NCBI GenBank assembly: GCA_043228905.1
Contig: JBHGNT010000012.1
Coordinates: 5,270,001 to 5,334,000, forward strand
DNA length: 64,000 nt
Reading direction: 5' to 3'
Source: Azolla caroliniana
Taxonomy: Eukaryota > Plantae > Polypodiophyta
Shown here: one piece after another, positions 48,751 to 61,300 of the stretch
Layout: every line of letters starts with the position of its first letter
Position numbering within the stretch: position 1 is the first letter of the stretch
The notes under the pieces: model-generated
Told to the model about the DNA's origin: nothing
Database searches by the model: none
The model's input: the letters and a program-made list of their open reading frames with translations, nothing else
Made by a program: the position numbers and the translations under genes

Positions 48751-51700
48751 CATTGGGAAACTATTATCCCGTTAGTGGAAGTCGGGATTCAAGAGATTTG
48801 GTCCTCAGGAGGGATGCCAGCTGGCCTGACGGAGGGGATGATCTATCTCATCCCTAAAGCGGCAGGGCGAAGCCTCGAGCTGCGCCAATGGCGTCCAATC
48901 ACGATCCTTAACACGATATACAAGATACTCGCAAAAGTCCTAGCTAGGTGGATAGCAAGCTTCCTACCAGACATCATACATGAGAATCAAACAGGGTGTA
49001 TCAGGGGTAGGTGTATCTTTGAAAATGTGCTACTTCTCTAGGAAGTTATGGCATTGGCCGATTGCACTGCATCGAGCTCGGCTATTCTGATGTTAGACTT
49101 TGAGAAGGCCTACGACAGGGTGTTATGACCCTTTTTGGAAAGAGTGATGAGAGCTATGGGCCTTCCCCCACAATGGAGGAATTGCACTTCTGCACTCTAT
49201 CGGACTGCTACCAGTAGCGTGTTGGTATCTGGTGCAAGGGGCCCCACCTTCCAACTACATCGCTGAGTGAGGCAAGGTTGTCCCCTAGCCCCATATCTCT
49301 ATCTATTTGTAACCGAGGCTTTCTCGGCCTACTTACAAGCACCAAGCAACGGATTGAGGGGATTGCCCATCCCCAATGTGATTGAGGATCTTCTATTATC
49401 TGAATATGCTGACGATACGGTCCTTTTCTTGTAGGGCGATGATGCAAATTTGCAGCGAGCTGAACATCTTGTTGAAGAATTTTGTCAGGTTGCCAATGCC
49501 AAGATCAATTAGGATAAAACCCAAGGCCTCTGGTTTAGCGAACAAGAGAAGCCAAGGTGGCATCCCCATGCTGATTTCGCATGGGTCCCTGATGGGACGA
49601 CATTCAAGTACCTCGGATTTACGATGGGGAGGGCAATCCCCAAGGGAGCGCAATTGTCCCATGTGCAAGCCAAACTAAGCAAGATGTTGAACCAATGGAG
49701 CAGGTATAAACTATCCTTCACTGGTAGGGTTCTTATTGTGAACCAAGTGATGCTCACCACCATGTGGCACTCAGTCTCGTGCTGGATTATGGACCCTTCA
49801 GGCCAGCGCGCAATTAAGGTTGCCATCAGGGGGTTTATATGGTCAGGTAAGGACAACCCGATGGATGCTGCCAGAGTGTCATGACATTGGTTAACACAAC
49901 CGTGGGACAAAGGGGGGCTTGGCCTCATAAACCCCTTAATGCAGAGCCGAGCATTGCTAGCCAAAATGGTGGTTCGCTGCCTCCTGCTAGGTAAGGGGTG
50001 TTGGAAGGTTCTACTTCACAATATGTTGCAGGCAGGGACTCCCAAGTATGGTAGGCCTTGGCCCGACTCCTTGAATTGGTGTTGCACGAGCAGAGTCCCA
50101 CCCAAGATGGCCTGTCTTTCGGAGGAGAGGGTCACGAATTCCATCTTGTGGGCATGGTGTCACGTACGACATCATTTGGTCAAGCACACGTCGGAGACAC
50201 TAATCGAGTGGTCCAGACAACCATTATTTTGGAACCCTCATGTGCGAACAAGTGATGACATGATGTTAGGCTAGCTTAAGGGCCTAGCATGGGGAAAGCT
50301 AGCGCAAACAAGGCTTCACTCTTTAGATGATTGGAGACGCACGGTGGCTTTCGGAGGAGCCCAAGAGGTCCCATCCCCTCCCCTCAAAGGAGCCATGAAA
50401 ATGCGGAGATTGATAGTTGAGGAAGTTGATAGGGTTTTGATGGGGGAGGTGAGAGAAGATGCTTGGTTTGGTCTCTTTGATGAGGCTGGAAGGGTTAAGG
50501 CGCTGAAGGGCGTGAGCAGATCGGGAAGAGATAGGATTTTTGGGGAGAGTTAGAGTAGGGGCTCTTGGCACCCAATCCGCGTGGTGGTGCAGGTTGGTAA
50601 CATTTGGAAGACAGAACCGGATGTTGCTAAGGTGGAACCCCATTGGAAGTTATGGGTATATGGTTGTCATCCCCTCGTCGAACTAGAATGGGACCCAGGG
50701 GATTTCAGGTGGAAACATGATGGCAGATTTCCCCATTTCTTCGAGTACAACACTAAAGTGGGTCAGACTTTTCAACTGCAGCTAGATGGCCCATTATGCA
50801 ATGGCTGGCATACATTGGGCATCCCTGATGAGGTGCTCATTACCTTTTGGAAGGGTCTTTGGCATCTCCACTTGCCAGAAAAGATAAAGTTTTTTGGGTG
50901 GCAAATTGGTCATAATGTGGTTCCCGTTGGCGAATGGCTAGGTAAACATGGTGGCCCGTTAGGCTGGCCACTTTGCCATTCACCTATTGAGACTCTGAGG
51001 CATTGTCTGTCGGATTGCCCTCACGCTCAAAAGGTATGGGATAGAGTGACTCGCCTCCTTGCGGCATGTGAAATGGAAGGAGCAGCATCGTGGAGTGCTG
51101 CTTGATCACTCTGTTGATAGGTGGATGGACGCCTTCAATGCGGGTAGTTGGTGCTACGTATGCATGAGAGGCAAAATCGCCAAGATTCGATTTGAGAGAG
51201 GCTTGCAGTCCGCATCCCCTAAGTTCCCGGACATTTGGATGCTGATCGCAGGCTTCACCCTGTGGTATGTATGGAAAGCGCGTTGCCTAAAGGTCTTCCA
51301 GGATTTGGTGCGACCCCCAGAGGAAGTGATCATGGACATATGGTTTGCGCTTATTTGCTGCCTACGAGGGCAATTGGACGAGGTTTGTAGCCATTCCTCT
51401 GACGTGGGTACTGCTCGTTTGCGCTTTTCACAGAAATGGCGGAACACGCCTATGGTGACACAAGGAGGAAGTGGCCCGAGGTGGAACTACCAGCCCCCAC
51501 GCTAGCTGTTTCCGACTCACTTACCACCCTCCCTTCGTTGTCGACCCCAAGAGTCGTCTTGTACTAGCCATCACTGTAGGGCATCGTTTTAGCTGTAGGT
51601 ACTTACATTAAGTAGTCAGTCCGAAAGGCGATGTAACTAGTCTCATTTTCTTGAACTTGATTAGAGGGAGATTCCTTGATCTATGTTTAAGCCTCCTTGT

Positions 51701-51763
51701 ACAGTCTCTTTGTAATAATCCTTCCTAACTAATGGGAAAGTAGCTTCATTTTGGAAAAAAAAA
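48751..51763 (+). mobile_element. 5'-truncated L1, same family as 37304-43661, opposite orientation
   Basis: Colinear ORF2 fragments (EGMIYLIPK..WRPITILN; VQAKLSK; RPPEEVIMDIWFAL). The same 3' end (CCTTCCTAACTAATGGGAAAGTAGCTT) is followed by poly(A) at 51755-51763. Confidence 0.93.
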
Positions 51764-52331
51764 TACCATCTTCTTAGACTCTAAAAATAACAACCCCAAA
51801 GAACTACTTTAATCTCAATGACACTAGTTGATAATAGTCTTTCCTTCTCTCTTTCTTCTACTAAGAATCCTCTCACTTCTTTCCCCCAATTACTAAGAAT
51901 ACCCTCCTTTATTATAGGTTTTAGTTGTGTTATTCTTACTTTTTTCTTTGCTTTTCTTTTTAAATATCCTCGAGTTTATGTGGTGTTTTTTATAACATTA
52001 TTTCTCCTTGGTCATCCCAAATTTGTCATAAAAGAATTTTTTGGAGAGCTCTTGTTATTGTCATGAAGACCTACATTTTAACTTATAAGGGTTCAAACTC
52101 ACAACCCCTTTGTATATATGTCAAACCTTTGAGCATTATAATGACTATATTATTAATTATTAGAAGAAATTTAGCGTATTCTAGAACATTCTAGAATATT
52201 TTGTGATTATCTTAAATATCTATAATATAGAACATCCTAGAATACTCCATAAGAACCTAAAAATATTAGCCCCTTAGCCTACTCTTTGTAAAGCTTGTTT
52301 TCTCATAATATAAACTCATTTCCATTTCCTG

Positions 52332-52373
<42 letters not shown>

Positions 52374-52391
52374 CTCACAAGTCACGACAGT

Positions 52392-52402
52392 TTGAACCGA
52401 AT
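52392..52402 (+). promoter_or_regulatory. Non-tRNA primer-binding site TTGAACCGAAT, complementary to the LTR transcript start
   Basis: Lies 2 nt after the 5' LTR. It is the exact reverse complement of ATTCGGTTCAA at 53500-53510, about 33 nt after TATAAATA in the LTR. Confidence 0.75.
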
Positions 52403-52911
52403 CTTTCTTTTCTTCCTCTTCCAATAACCCTAGCAAGCTTTCTTCCTTTTACCTCTCGTCATAAGTTATGGAGTCCAACAATAAGAAAGAATATATGTGT
52501 GTCCTTTCTGATCTCAACATGCTCACGACTAAGTTTGTGGAATTAGAGCAAGAAAATCAAAGGCTACTCGGGGACCTACAACAAGTGAGTACCGAGAAAG
52601 CTCACCAATATGAGGATTTATCACAACGGGTTCATCAACTCGAGGCTACTATATTAACATTACGAGAACAGACGGCGGGGGTTCAAAACTCCCCAAGGGA
52701 ACCAAAGATTAGCCTCCCTTCCAAGTTTGATGGTACAATATCTCTGTTTCGGGGTTTCCTGAATCAAGTCCGTTTGGTGATTCAGTTACATCCCAATTGG
52801 TACCCAACTAATGCTGCTCGTTTCGGATTAGTAGGAACCTTGCTAAGCGGTACACCATTAGCATGGTTTGCACCACTTCTCGAGAAGAAATCACCATTGT
52901 TGAAGGATTTT

Positions 52912-53196
52912 TGTCATGATATAACATGGTATGGTTTCAAAAAGATTTGGACTCATGACCTTGTGTCACATGGGTTAAAGCCTTACCATTAAGTTATACA
53001 TTGTAATACGAAAAATATTATTTCCATTTATTCGAGATTTCTCTGGAACATTCGAGAAATGTCAAGAGTATTCCTAAGCCACTACAAAAAGAGGCACATG
53101 GCATTATTAAAAACCAATTCGGTTCAATGCCAATCTTAAGCCTCCTAGCTATTCCTGTATAATCTCTTCATATAATATATATATATATTGTTATCA

Positions 53197-53266
<70 letters not shown>

Positions 53267-53344
53267 AGAGTTCTACACCCCTATTAGTACTAATCCTCAT
53301 CTTTTAGTACTAATTCCCTCTCTGTCTTAGTACTATTCCTAACA
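52912..53344 (+). mobile_element. Solo LTR of a related self-priming Gypsy family, inserted in gag
   Basis: TG..CA ends and TSD ATTTT/ATTTC. The gag frame rejoins (LLKDF|EVFVKDFQASFGD). It contains ATTCGGTTCAA at 53117-53127. Confidence 0.82.
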
Positions 53345-53825
53345 ATTTCGAGGTGTTCGTTAAGGATTTTCAAGCTAGTTTTGGAGACACTGATAGCACT
53401 AGGACAACAATAAACAAGATTCGAAAACCCCGACTCTAGAACATTCTAGAATACTCCATAAGAACCTATAAATAAGTGTGTACTCATTCATCAGAATTCA
53501 TTCGGTTCAACACCAGTCTGTAGCCCCTTAGCCTACTCTTTGTAAAGCTTGTTTTCGCATAATATAAACTCATTTCCATTTCCTCTCAAAAACTAAAGTC
53601 CTTATCTTTCATACATCATCCCGAGTTATGAGTAAATGTCACCTAACCCTCTCTCATAAAGTAGTTGAGGTAGTGGGATCATATGTATACTTGGGAGTCA
53701 CTTTTAGTGCTTGCTTAGGTAAATTCTCGATGACCCAAGCAGCCAAAGATAGGCTAACGAGAGGGTATGCATCCCTCTCACTCTTAGAGAGACAATGCCA
53801 CCAGGCATACTTTCAAGAGCCACGG

Positions 53826-55631
53826 TGTCGTGGCGTCACTCGCCTGGAAGGATAGCATTGCGTAGACAAAAGATATCGTGAAAGTGAGGAAGGAATCACT
53901 GGGATTATGGACGGAAGAGACGAAAGAGTAGAGATAAAGTAAATAGAGATCAACAAGATATGACAAGATAGGATATTGAATGATTTTTGAAGGAATAAAA
54001 GAGATTTAGAATTTTTGTTTTTGATGAAAGAGTTACAAAAGTGGTTGTAAGCGTCATTGATCCTTCGAACTTGGTCTCACAAGATAATCGCTCTTCTCTT
54101 TCTTGATAGTAGGCCACAACAATCTTCACTTCAATATTTTGATGAAGATAAGGCTCGAACCGCCTCCCTCTTGTTGAGAGTTGACCACCATGATCGCCAA
54201 GCTAGAGCTCCACCTTTATGTTGAACTTCTTCCTTTCTTTTCCTATTTTATGGTATACTGAGATTGTTGTTCTAGTTAGGCCTTCTTGCTCTCTGGAGCC
54301 AAGTGAAGCGCAGTGATCATTGGAATGCAAGGCCATCTCCAATAACCAACATTAGCGTAAAAGAGGTAGAGATGGGTGAATAACACATGAATCAGGGGCT
54401 ATGCGGATCCTCGGAGCGAAAACTTTTGGAACAGAAAGCCATCCGCTTCGATCCCATTGCAAATATTTCTGAACTGAAATAAAGAAAATGATCTCTTTCA
54501 AGGCCTCTCTCCTATCTCTTCATTCATAAAGATTCTTCCTAGGCGGGGCAGAGCAGCAAGAGATTCTGATCTCGTTAAAGGAATGGCGCATAGCGCTTAC
54601 CAGCCAGGGGCGGGGCTTCAGCCACTCAACTGAAGGGAAGGCCGGCAGAAGGAACGCCTCTAGTAGCTCTCCCCCCATAGCCATCCTTTGTCCTATTTGT
54701 CAGTTGCGGATAACGGGAGTCGAACCCATATCCTCTGCTTGGAAGGCAGATAATCTACCGTTAATCTATATCCGCCTAAGTTTCGTTTCCGAAAGGAGGG
54801 GGCGAGATCACATTGGTCCAGTCCCCGCATAGCCAGTGGAAGGGTGAGGTGCATCCACTCAGATAGCATGGGGAGGTCGAATGACTGCGGCCACGTCAAT
54901 CCGCTTCTTTTCTTTTCTTGTTGGGCCGCTAGCAATTGTCTAGCTTCTGCTACCAACTCCCCCTCTTATGTAATATATATTTGATTGATATCTCATACAT
55001 CTTCCCTTTGATCTTCTCTTTCACCATTTAAATAGGTGCCCCCATGCATATGATGCATTGGAGGGTACAAGTCATGCATGTAGTGCATGAAATGCATGTG
55101 ATGCATGATCGTCATTTGGCGTTCATGCATTACATGTGATGCATGATAAACATCTCGCTCATTTGAGCTTTTATGTATGAAACAATATATGCAATAACAA
55201 TATACATGAAAATATAATCTTAAAGAGAAAGGGCCTAGCTTAATGGTAGGTGTGTTGACTTTGGTGTATAAGGTTGTGGGTTTGAGTCTCAAAATATTAT
55301 TGAATACAACATACAACTTTATTTTTATATCATGAAGCAAATCCTTTATGTAATAATATAAAGTGTATATAAAGTATGCTTTATTTTATGTATATTACTA
55401 GTATAGAGTAAATGGTAAGATTTGAGAGTCATAGGGTTCAAGTCCTCTCTTGTTCGTGCAATATAATATATTTATCTATATATATATATATTATTTTTCT
55501 TTACATATATATAATATTATCATATGTGTTGTTAATATTATCTTTATATATAAAACATTATCAAATGTTATTTTAGTTACGTATTTATCTTATTGTAGAC
55601 TTTTAATGTGAAGCTTTCGTACTTCACGACA
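53826..55631. mobile_element. 1.8-kb TG..CA insertion (probable solo LTR) carrying an organelle-like segment
   Basis: 7-bp terminal inverted repeat TGTCGTG/CACGACA and 4-bp TSD ACGG. Removing it restores the LINE reading frame. Confidence 0.8.
54705..54775 (-). tRNA. trnG: tRNA-Gly(UCC), intronless, mitochondrial-like (probable NUMT)
   Basis: Sequence GCGGATA TA GATT AACGGTA GATT A TCTGC CTTCCAA GCAGA GGAT ATGGG TTCGACT CCCGT TATCCGC A. Acceptor and anticodon stems are perfect, and the anticodon is TCC. Confidence 0.9.
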
Positions 55632-57028
55632 ACGGACTAAGGGATGGCTCTTCGACTCATTAGTGACCCCTTCCCTCATGTATGCATCAGTAGTATGGGC
55701 TCCAGGTCTACCATCCTTCGTGTGGACGCAATTAGAGAGAACTTTGGTGACAATGTTATCACGTCAACTCCAAAGCAAATCAACAGTACCGCATGACATT
55801 ATTAGAGCAGAGTTTAGTCTACCCCCGATGTTAGTAGAAGCACTCTTTCAAATGGTAGTTTTTATTCATCGGATACATAGCCAACCACAAGATAGGATAT
55901 CCCGTCGAGCCTTTGAGGCATCCTGATCCCTACATGCATCTAGAGACACTAGCTCTTGGTATAGCATTGTGGTGAGTTGGTTACTTGCAAACGACATAGA
56001 CATTAATAACCTACCTTCCCTTAAGTACAACCATGGGACTGATCAAACTTTAATCTCTCATGAAGACCGTAATAAAGTGATATGCCAAGAAATATGGCAA
56101 ATTTACACTCGATATAAATGGATCACCCCACGAGAGCCACTCCCATCTAAAATGTTGTACTATAAGGAACATTTCTTGCACTTCTCTAAGTTAGGTTTTA
56201 TTACACGACCAACATATCTAGATACATTCTTATCAAATGCACTAAGGGTGGCCATTGGACAACTTAGGATATCATCTCACCAACTTGAGATTGAGAATGG
56301 TCGAGCTAATAGAGTCCCTAGAGAGGAAAGGCTATGTAGGTTATGCCACATAGAGATAGAGGATGAGTATCACTTCACATGCAAGTGCCCAACTTATGCC
56401 GAGATACGGGCGGAATACCAAGACATATTAGGACCCTCTGCCACCCTCTCCAAACTATTAGATACCCCGAGTGTAAAAAGACTAGGTAGGTATATCTTAG
56501 AGCTAAAACAACATAAGGAGAATAAATTACAAAGTGTTAATCATAACCCTTTTACTATTCATCAACATGTAACTAGTGTAATTTTTCAGGAACAAGGGGA
56601 GACAATGAATGTGGATACACTTACGCCGCTCGGCCTCTCCCTTGAGGAAGCATAAATACAAAGAACAACCAAACGCCCTCAGATGTTGGGCTTCAAAACA
56701 AGACAACGTGGAGTAGAAAAGATTAAGAAGATAAGGGAATGTGAGCTACGTCGACTAGAAGCTATGGTTGGGGTACCTTTTACATTGGGACCACGGGCCA
56801 CATCCACATCGCAACCCTTTGACCTCCCGCTTCTCTTCGAGAGACTTGGATGGAAATGAGATTAGGCCTAGTATAACATCTTTTCATTGTAGAACATGTT
56901 TTTTTTAGAACTATTTTTTATCTTATTTTGATTTTTTACTTTCGATGAATGGGTAAATATCCCATTTTTTGTAAACCATTTGTCTCATGGGCCAAATTTG
57001 GCCTTAGAAGACGTAATATTTCTTTCTT

Positions 57029-57072
<44 letters not shown>

Positions 57073-57444
57073 CTCACGAGTCACGATAATTATCAGGTTT
57101 TTTATGCATATTTTCTTTTGAAAATTGGATATTCGATGAGCTTTTTTCTCTACCTAAATCTTCATATCCATGCCTTGCTTTTTTTGCCTTTTTTCTTGCT
57201 TCTTTTTTGCCTTTTTCTTTCCTTCTTTTTTTCTGTACTTTTGAAAAATGCCTCTAACTTTATATCCCTTCAAGTTCCGTCCTTTGTTAATTCATGATCC
57301 TTTCATTTGGCTCTAAACTATTAGACATCGTAGCATCCCTCATATTTGCAACAATATTTTCTTACGAACAAATACCAACTTCACAATAGCAATCCTTTGT
57401 AAAGCTCGATTTTTAAGAAGCAATCATTTGGTTCCGATGTTTTA

Positions 57445-57900
57445 TGTTGGGAATTCGGGTCCCTCCGAATGAGCCGGATCGGACGGATCCGGCGTGAACC
57501 GGATCCAGGGACATATTTGTAAATATGCTCTTGGTGTGCCTGTCATGGCCATATTTGTAAATAGTCCTAAAGTCATATAAGTATAAATATGACTTAAGGC
57601 AATCACTTATTTTTATATATGTTTTTGTATAGAGACAGAGCGAGAGAGAAACATAACTCGTTTTCCGTTGTAACCGTCAGTTGGTGAAGGCATAGAGCTT
57701 GAGGTTGTTGCCGCTGAGTCTCACATTCTATTCTTTATCTCATACTGATAGTTGGAGTCTGTGGTCTCCCGTGGTTTTTCCCACTTAGGGTTTTCCACGT
57801 AAACATCTGGTGTCGTCTATGTAAGTGTATTGCTATTTTTCTGTTCATTTCTTCCATTGTGAGTTTGAGACTCAGTTGTGGCCGAGCGCTATTCCGCACA
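57445..57900 (+). mobile_element. Solo LTR (456 bp), relative of 26062-26877
   Basis: TGTTGGGA...GCACA ends with perfect TSD TTTTA. Shares ATATTTGTAAATAG..AAGTCATAT.AGTATAAATATGACTTA and GGTTTTCCACGTAAAC. Confidence 0.9.
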
Positions 57901-58149
57901 TTTTATTGGAGCGTTTTTATAGCTTGTTTATGTGTCCAAGTTTATTGTGTCACAATAGGGTTTGAGTAATAATATTTTCTTTGTTTGATATTAACTTCTA
58001 TATTTTAATGTGCAAGGACATATCGAATGGGATATAAATCTATCCTATTCTTGTGTAGTTGTGTTTGATTTCTTCTCTATTGGATAATGTATACTTGATT
58101 TATGAATGGTTTGTGATAATAGAAAATTAGGAGATAAGAGCATATATGT

Positions 58150-58376
58150 AATGATGGAATTGTATTAGGTGGAATAATGATTGTAACTAACAATCGGCAA
58201 TCGTTCGATTTGAATCGAACCATGAAATAACCAAATCAAGAGAACCAAGGAATTGGTATGCAATCTTCACGATTTCTAAAACTAATTGGATATCGTGTGA
58301 TAATAGAACACGAGATAAGATCATACAAGTGATAATGGAATGATGGAATTGTATTAGGTGGAATAATGATTGTAAC
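58150..58376. repeat. 38-bp perfect direct repeat within a degenerate ~185-bp duplication
   Basis: AATGATGGAATTGTATTAGGTGGAATAATGATTGTAAC occurs at 58150 and 58339. Confidence 0.85.
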
Positions 58377-61300
58377 ACTTACGATGAGTGTCTATACAAA
58401 ACTTGGTATTAAGCCATCTTTGTAGTAATCACAAATGTGTCCTTTCATGAAGTAGTGTCTCTTCATGTTTGTGTCTTTTCACATTGTGCAATTCCAAGAG
58501 TTGCATCTTTTATTAATTAGTAATTAATTAATTAATGTTCACCCTTTTAATTGTATACATGGTTTCCTCTAGATTCGATTGTTGCCCTATTTTTTTGTTG
58601 ATTGGCTAAAGGATAAGCTTCTCTCTCCTTTTCCTAGTGCTTCCTTAGTCATGTTTTTGCTAGTTGAGCTTCATTTTGTCACGAAACTTGTTGTTCTATC
58701 TAGGCTTTCTTGCTCTCTAAAACCAAGTAAAGGACATTGATCATTGGAATGCAAGGCCACGAGCATGATGTAAGGGATTGGCAAATCTGTCTTAAACTCA
58801 AGGTTGTCCTACCATATGTATATCTTCATTGTAACCCTTTTAGAGCAAAAATAAAACTAAGTGCAAAAGTTAGATCATTGTAAGTGACCATAAGAAACGA
58901 AATGAAGTAGATTGATATGGTAATTCAGATTTTAGGAAACACATATTTATGATGTAAGGAACAAGTGACACATCATGATATTCCAATCCTCTTAAGAATG
59001 AGTTTGATATTCCAATCCTCTTATGGATGTTATTATGCACTTTATGGCATTTCCGTTGTTGAAGAAATCACATCCCTAAAACAATGATTTGTCAACATAT
59101 TGTTTTTTTTTTTTAATGTTTGAGATTATTTGCTCCATTCCTCTCTATTTTGTTACAATGTTTATCGTTATACTATCTTTCACTTTATTATATTGGATGG
59201 ATTAGGTGGGTGGATCTTCCCATTATCATCAAAGTTGTTCAACATTAAGATTATCAAAGTTTGCCCTTTAAAAAAGGTGATGGAAGTTCACAAAATTTCT
59301 TGCTTATCAAATGAGAGATGAGAATCATGGGAAATTCTCATTTGATGCCCAAAGCCTCAAGAGACAAGAGCATCTAAAATGACGTTGTAAAAGGGCGTAA
59401 GTCAATCTCCCTTGTTAGATGCTGAAAAAACTATAGAGTATTCAAGCCCATACCATAGATATAAATGTCAAAATGGACCTTGTTGCCAATGGCAACTATG
59501 TTCCTCTACAATTATACAAAAATAACATATGTTGGAAGTGAGATTCCTTCATCACAAAGAAACTCCTAGTGCCAATCTACCCACCATAACCTTACAATGA
59601 AAACCTTCACTGAAAAGGAATACAAGATTGTCATTTTACTAACACCACCCTTTGCTACTAACTATTGGTCCTCTTGATTCCCCTTTCTTTGTTAATATAG
59701 TTTATGATCCATGTGTGCTTATTAATAAGGCAGAGATACACATCATTTGTTGTAACTTCCAAGATTCTATGACCTCCAAATAACCAATCTACCTTAACTG
59801 TATCCCTGATCAAAGTTGGAATTTGGTGTTGCAAATATGTAGTTATTGCAATTGAAACCATATCTCTTGATGATAGTCAAGGATATGAAACCTTATCCTA
59901 GTTGTCTTAAATGTCACCCAAGGAAGGCCCATTAGTGTAAGGTGAGAATTTCACATGCCTAGGGTTGGTGAACTTAGGTGTGTGAAGGAGAGGTCAATAG
60001 TGAAGAAAACCTCAAGCACATTAGAGATGAGATGCCATTGTCTTTGTGAACGTCATCACCATTTGACAAATTTTAGTGAGGGGCAAAGTTTTTGCTTAGT
60101 AAAATAAATATAGAGAAATGAAATGGACATGTAAGCCAACTGGTTGGATAAGAGTATCAAGGCCCATATCCTAGGTTCACATGGTTTAGATGGGCCTATC
60201 TTCACTCGTCACTCTAAATCTAGGGTTACCTAATTAAGAATGTATCAAGGGATTATGTTGAATATATGATGTGCAAACAATTGGGAATGTGATGGCTACA
60301 TGCATTGGGATGTTGCTAGAATGGAAATAAAATATACAAGAGAATATAGATTTGAGTAAGTATACTACTTGTGGTTATCCCCAAATGTTGTTTTTTGTTT
60401 TGGGAAAATTGCAAAACTATGCTAACAAGATAGGGAGCTATAAAAATAAGTTTGTGGATCAAATTCCACAAATTTGATCTTTTAACCAAGAAAACCTACC
60501 CCCCCTCAATAATCTAGGACGCATAAGTTGTGGTCAAATCTCATGGAATTCACTTTTAGTTCATTGTATATATAGTGTGTCTTTAATCCTTGCACCAATC
60601 AATACACATAATTCATTTTCTATTATAATCTCATTGTTCATGCAAAAAATAAAGAAAGTCCATGCAATTCCTTTGCCAATGTAAAGAAGGAAACGATGGA
60701 GAGATTCAATTGATCTCAAACACGTAAATGAAGTCTAGGTTTATTAGGCAAAAAATTTGCTTGACAAATCAGAACCATCTAAAAAGGTGAGAGGGCTAGG
60801 GCCACCATTTATTCATCATATATCTTATATATTTCACAACACACTCTAACTTTAATACTAAGAAATCAAGTATTTGAGTTGTGGAAATGCAATTACAGAA
60901 TGACCATTGTCTTTTGTTTAGTGTTAAGAATTGGTGAAGTTGTCCAACATCGTTCATGAAAATCCCTTCTACATATCTGCTCAAGCATTTTTAAAGACTC
61001 TCAAAGTTTAATCAAGTGAGATTTGACATCATAATGCCTTTAATCCTTTATGTAACTAAATGTTCTGAAGGCTACAACTTTTTATACCACCAAGACTTGG
61101 TAGGGCCAAAAATTATTAATATTCACAAAACAGTCCACAAAGGCATGTGTTTGAGCAAAAAACAAAAAAACAATTAATGATCCCACTTTATTGCAAGAAG
61201 TTAAATCAAGTAAGCAATACGTATAAAAAGATCAGAATAAGAGTCAAGAATAAGATGGGAGTCAAGGAATTAATGGACATATTTCTATTTAAGAGAAAAA

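Larger units (their letters stand above)
53585..57015 (+). mobile_element. 5'-truncated RTEX-like LINE inserted in the Gypsy 3' LTR
   Basis: RT C-terminal VVGSYVYLGVTF, rejoined QEPR|TKGWLFDSLVTPSLMY, and LRISSHQLEIENGR..PREERLCRLC.IEDEYHFTCKC. Confidence 0.8.
52059..57088 (+). mobile_element. Deleted Ty3/Gypsy (chromovirus/Tcn1-like) element with a self-priming PBS, hosting three nested insertions
   Basis: 5' LTR 52059-52389. The 3' LTR is split into about 53432-53584 and 57020-57088. TSD GTTAT/ATTAT. Gag 52468-53427 reads EPKISLPSKFDG..FRGFLNQV..LLSGTPLAWF. Confidence 0.8.

Noticed and set aside
54380-54490. Possible mitochondrial protein-gene fragment next to the tRNA
   Set aside because: No frame I translated gave a recognisable protein; a BLAST search is needed.
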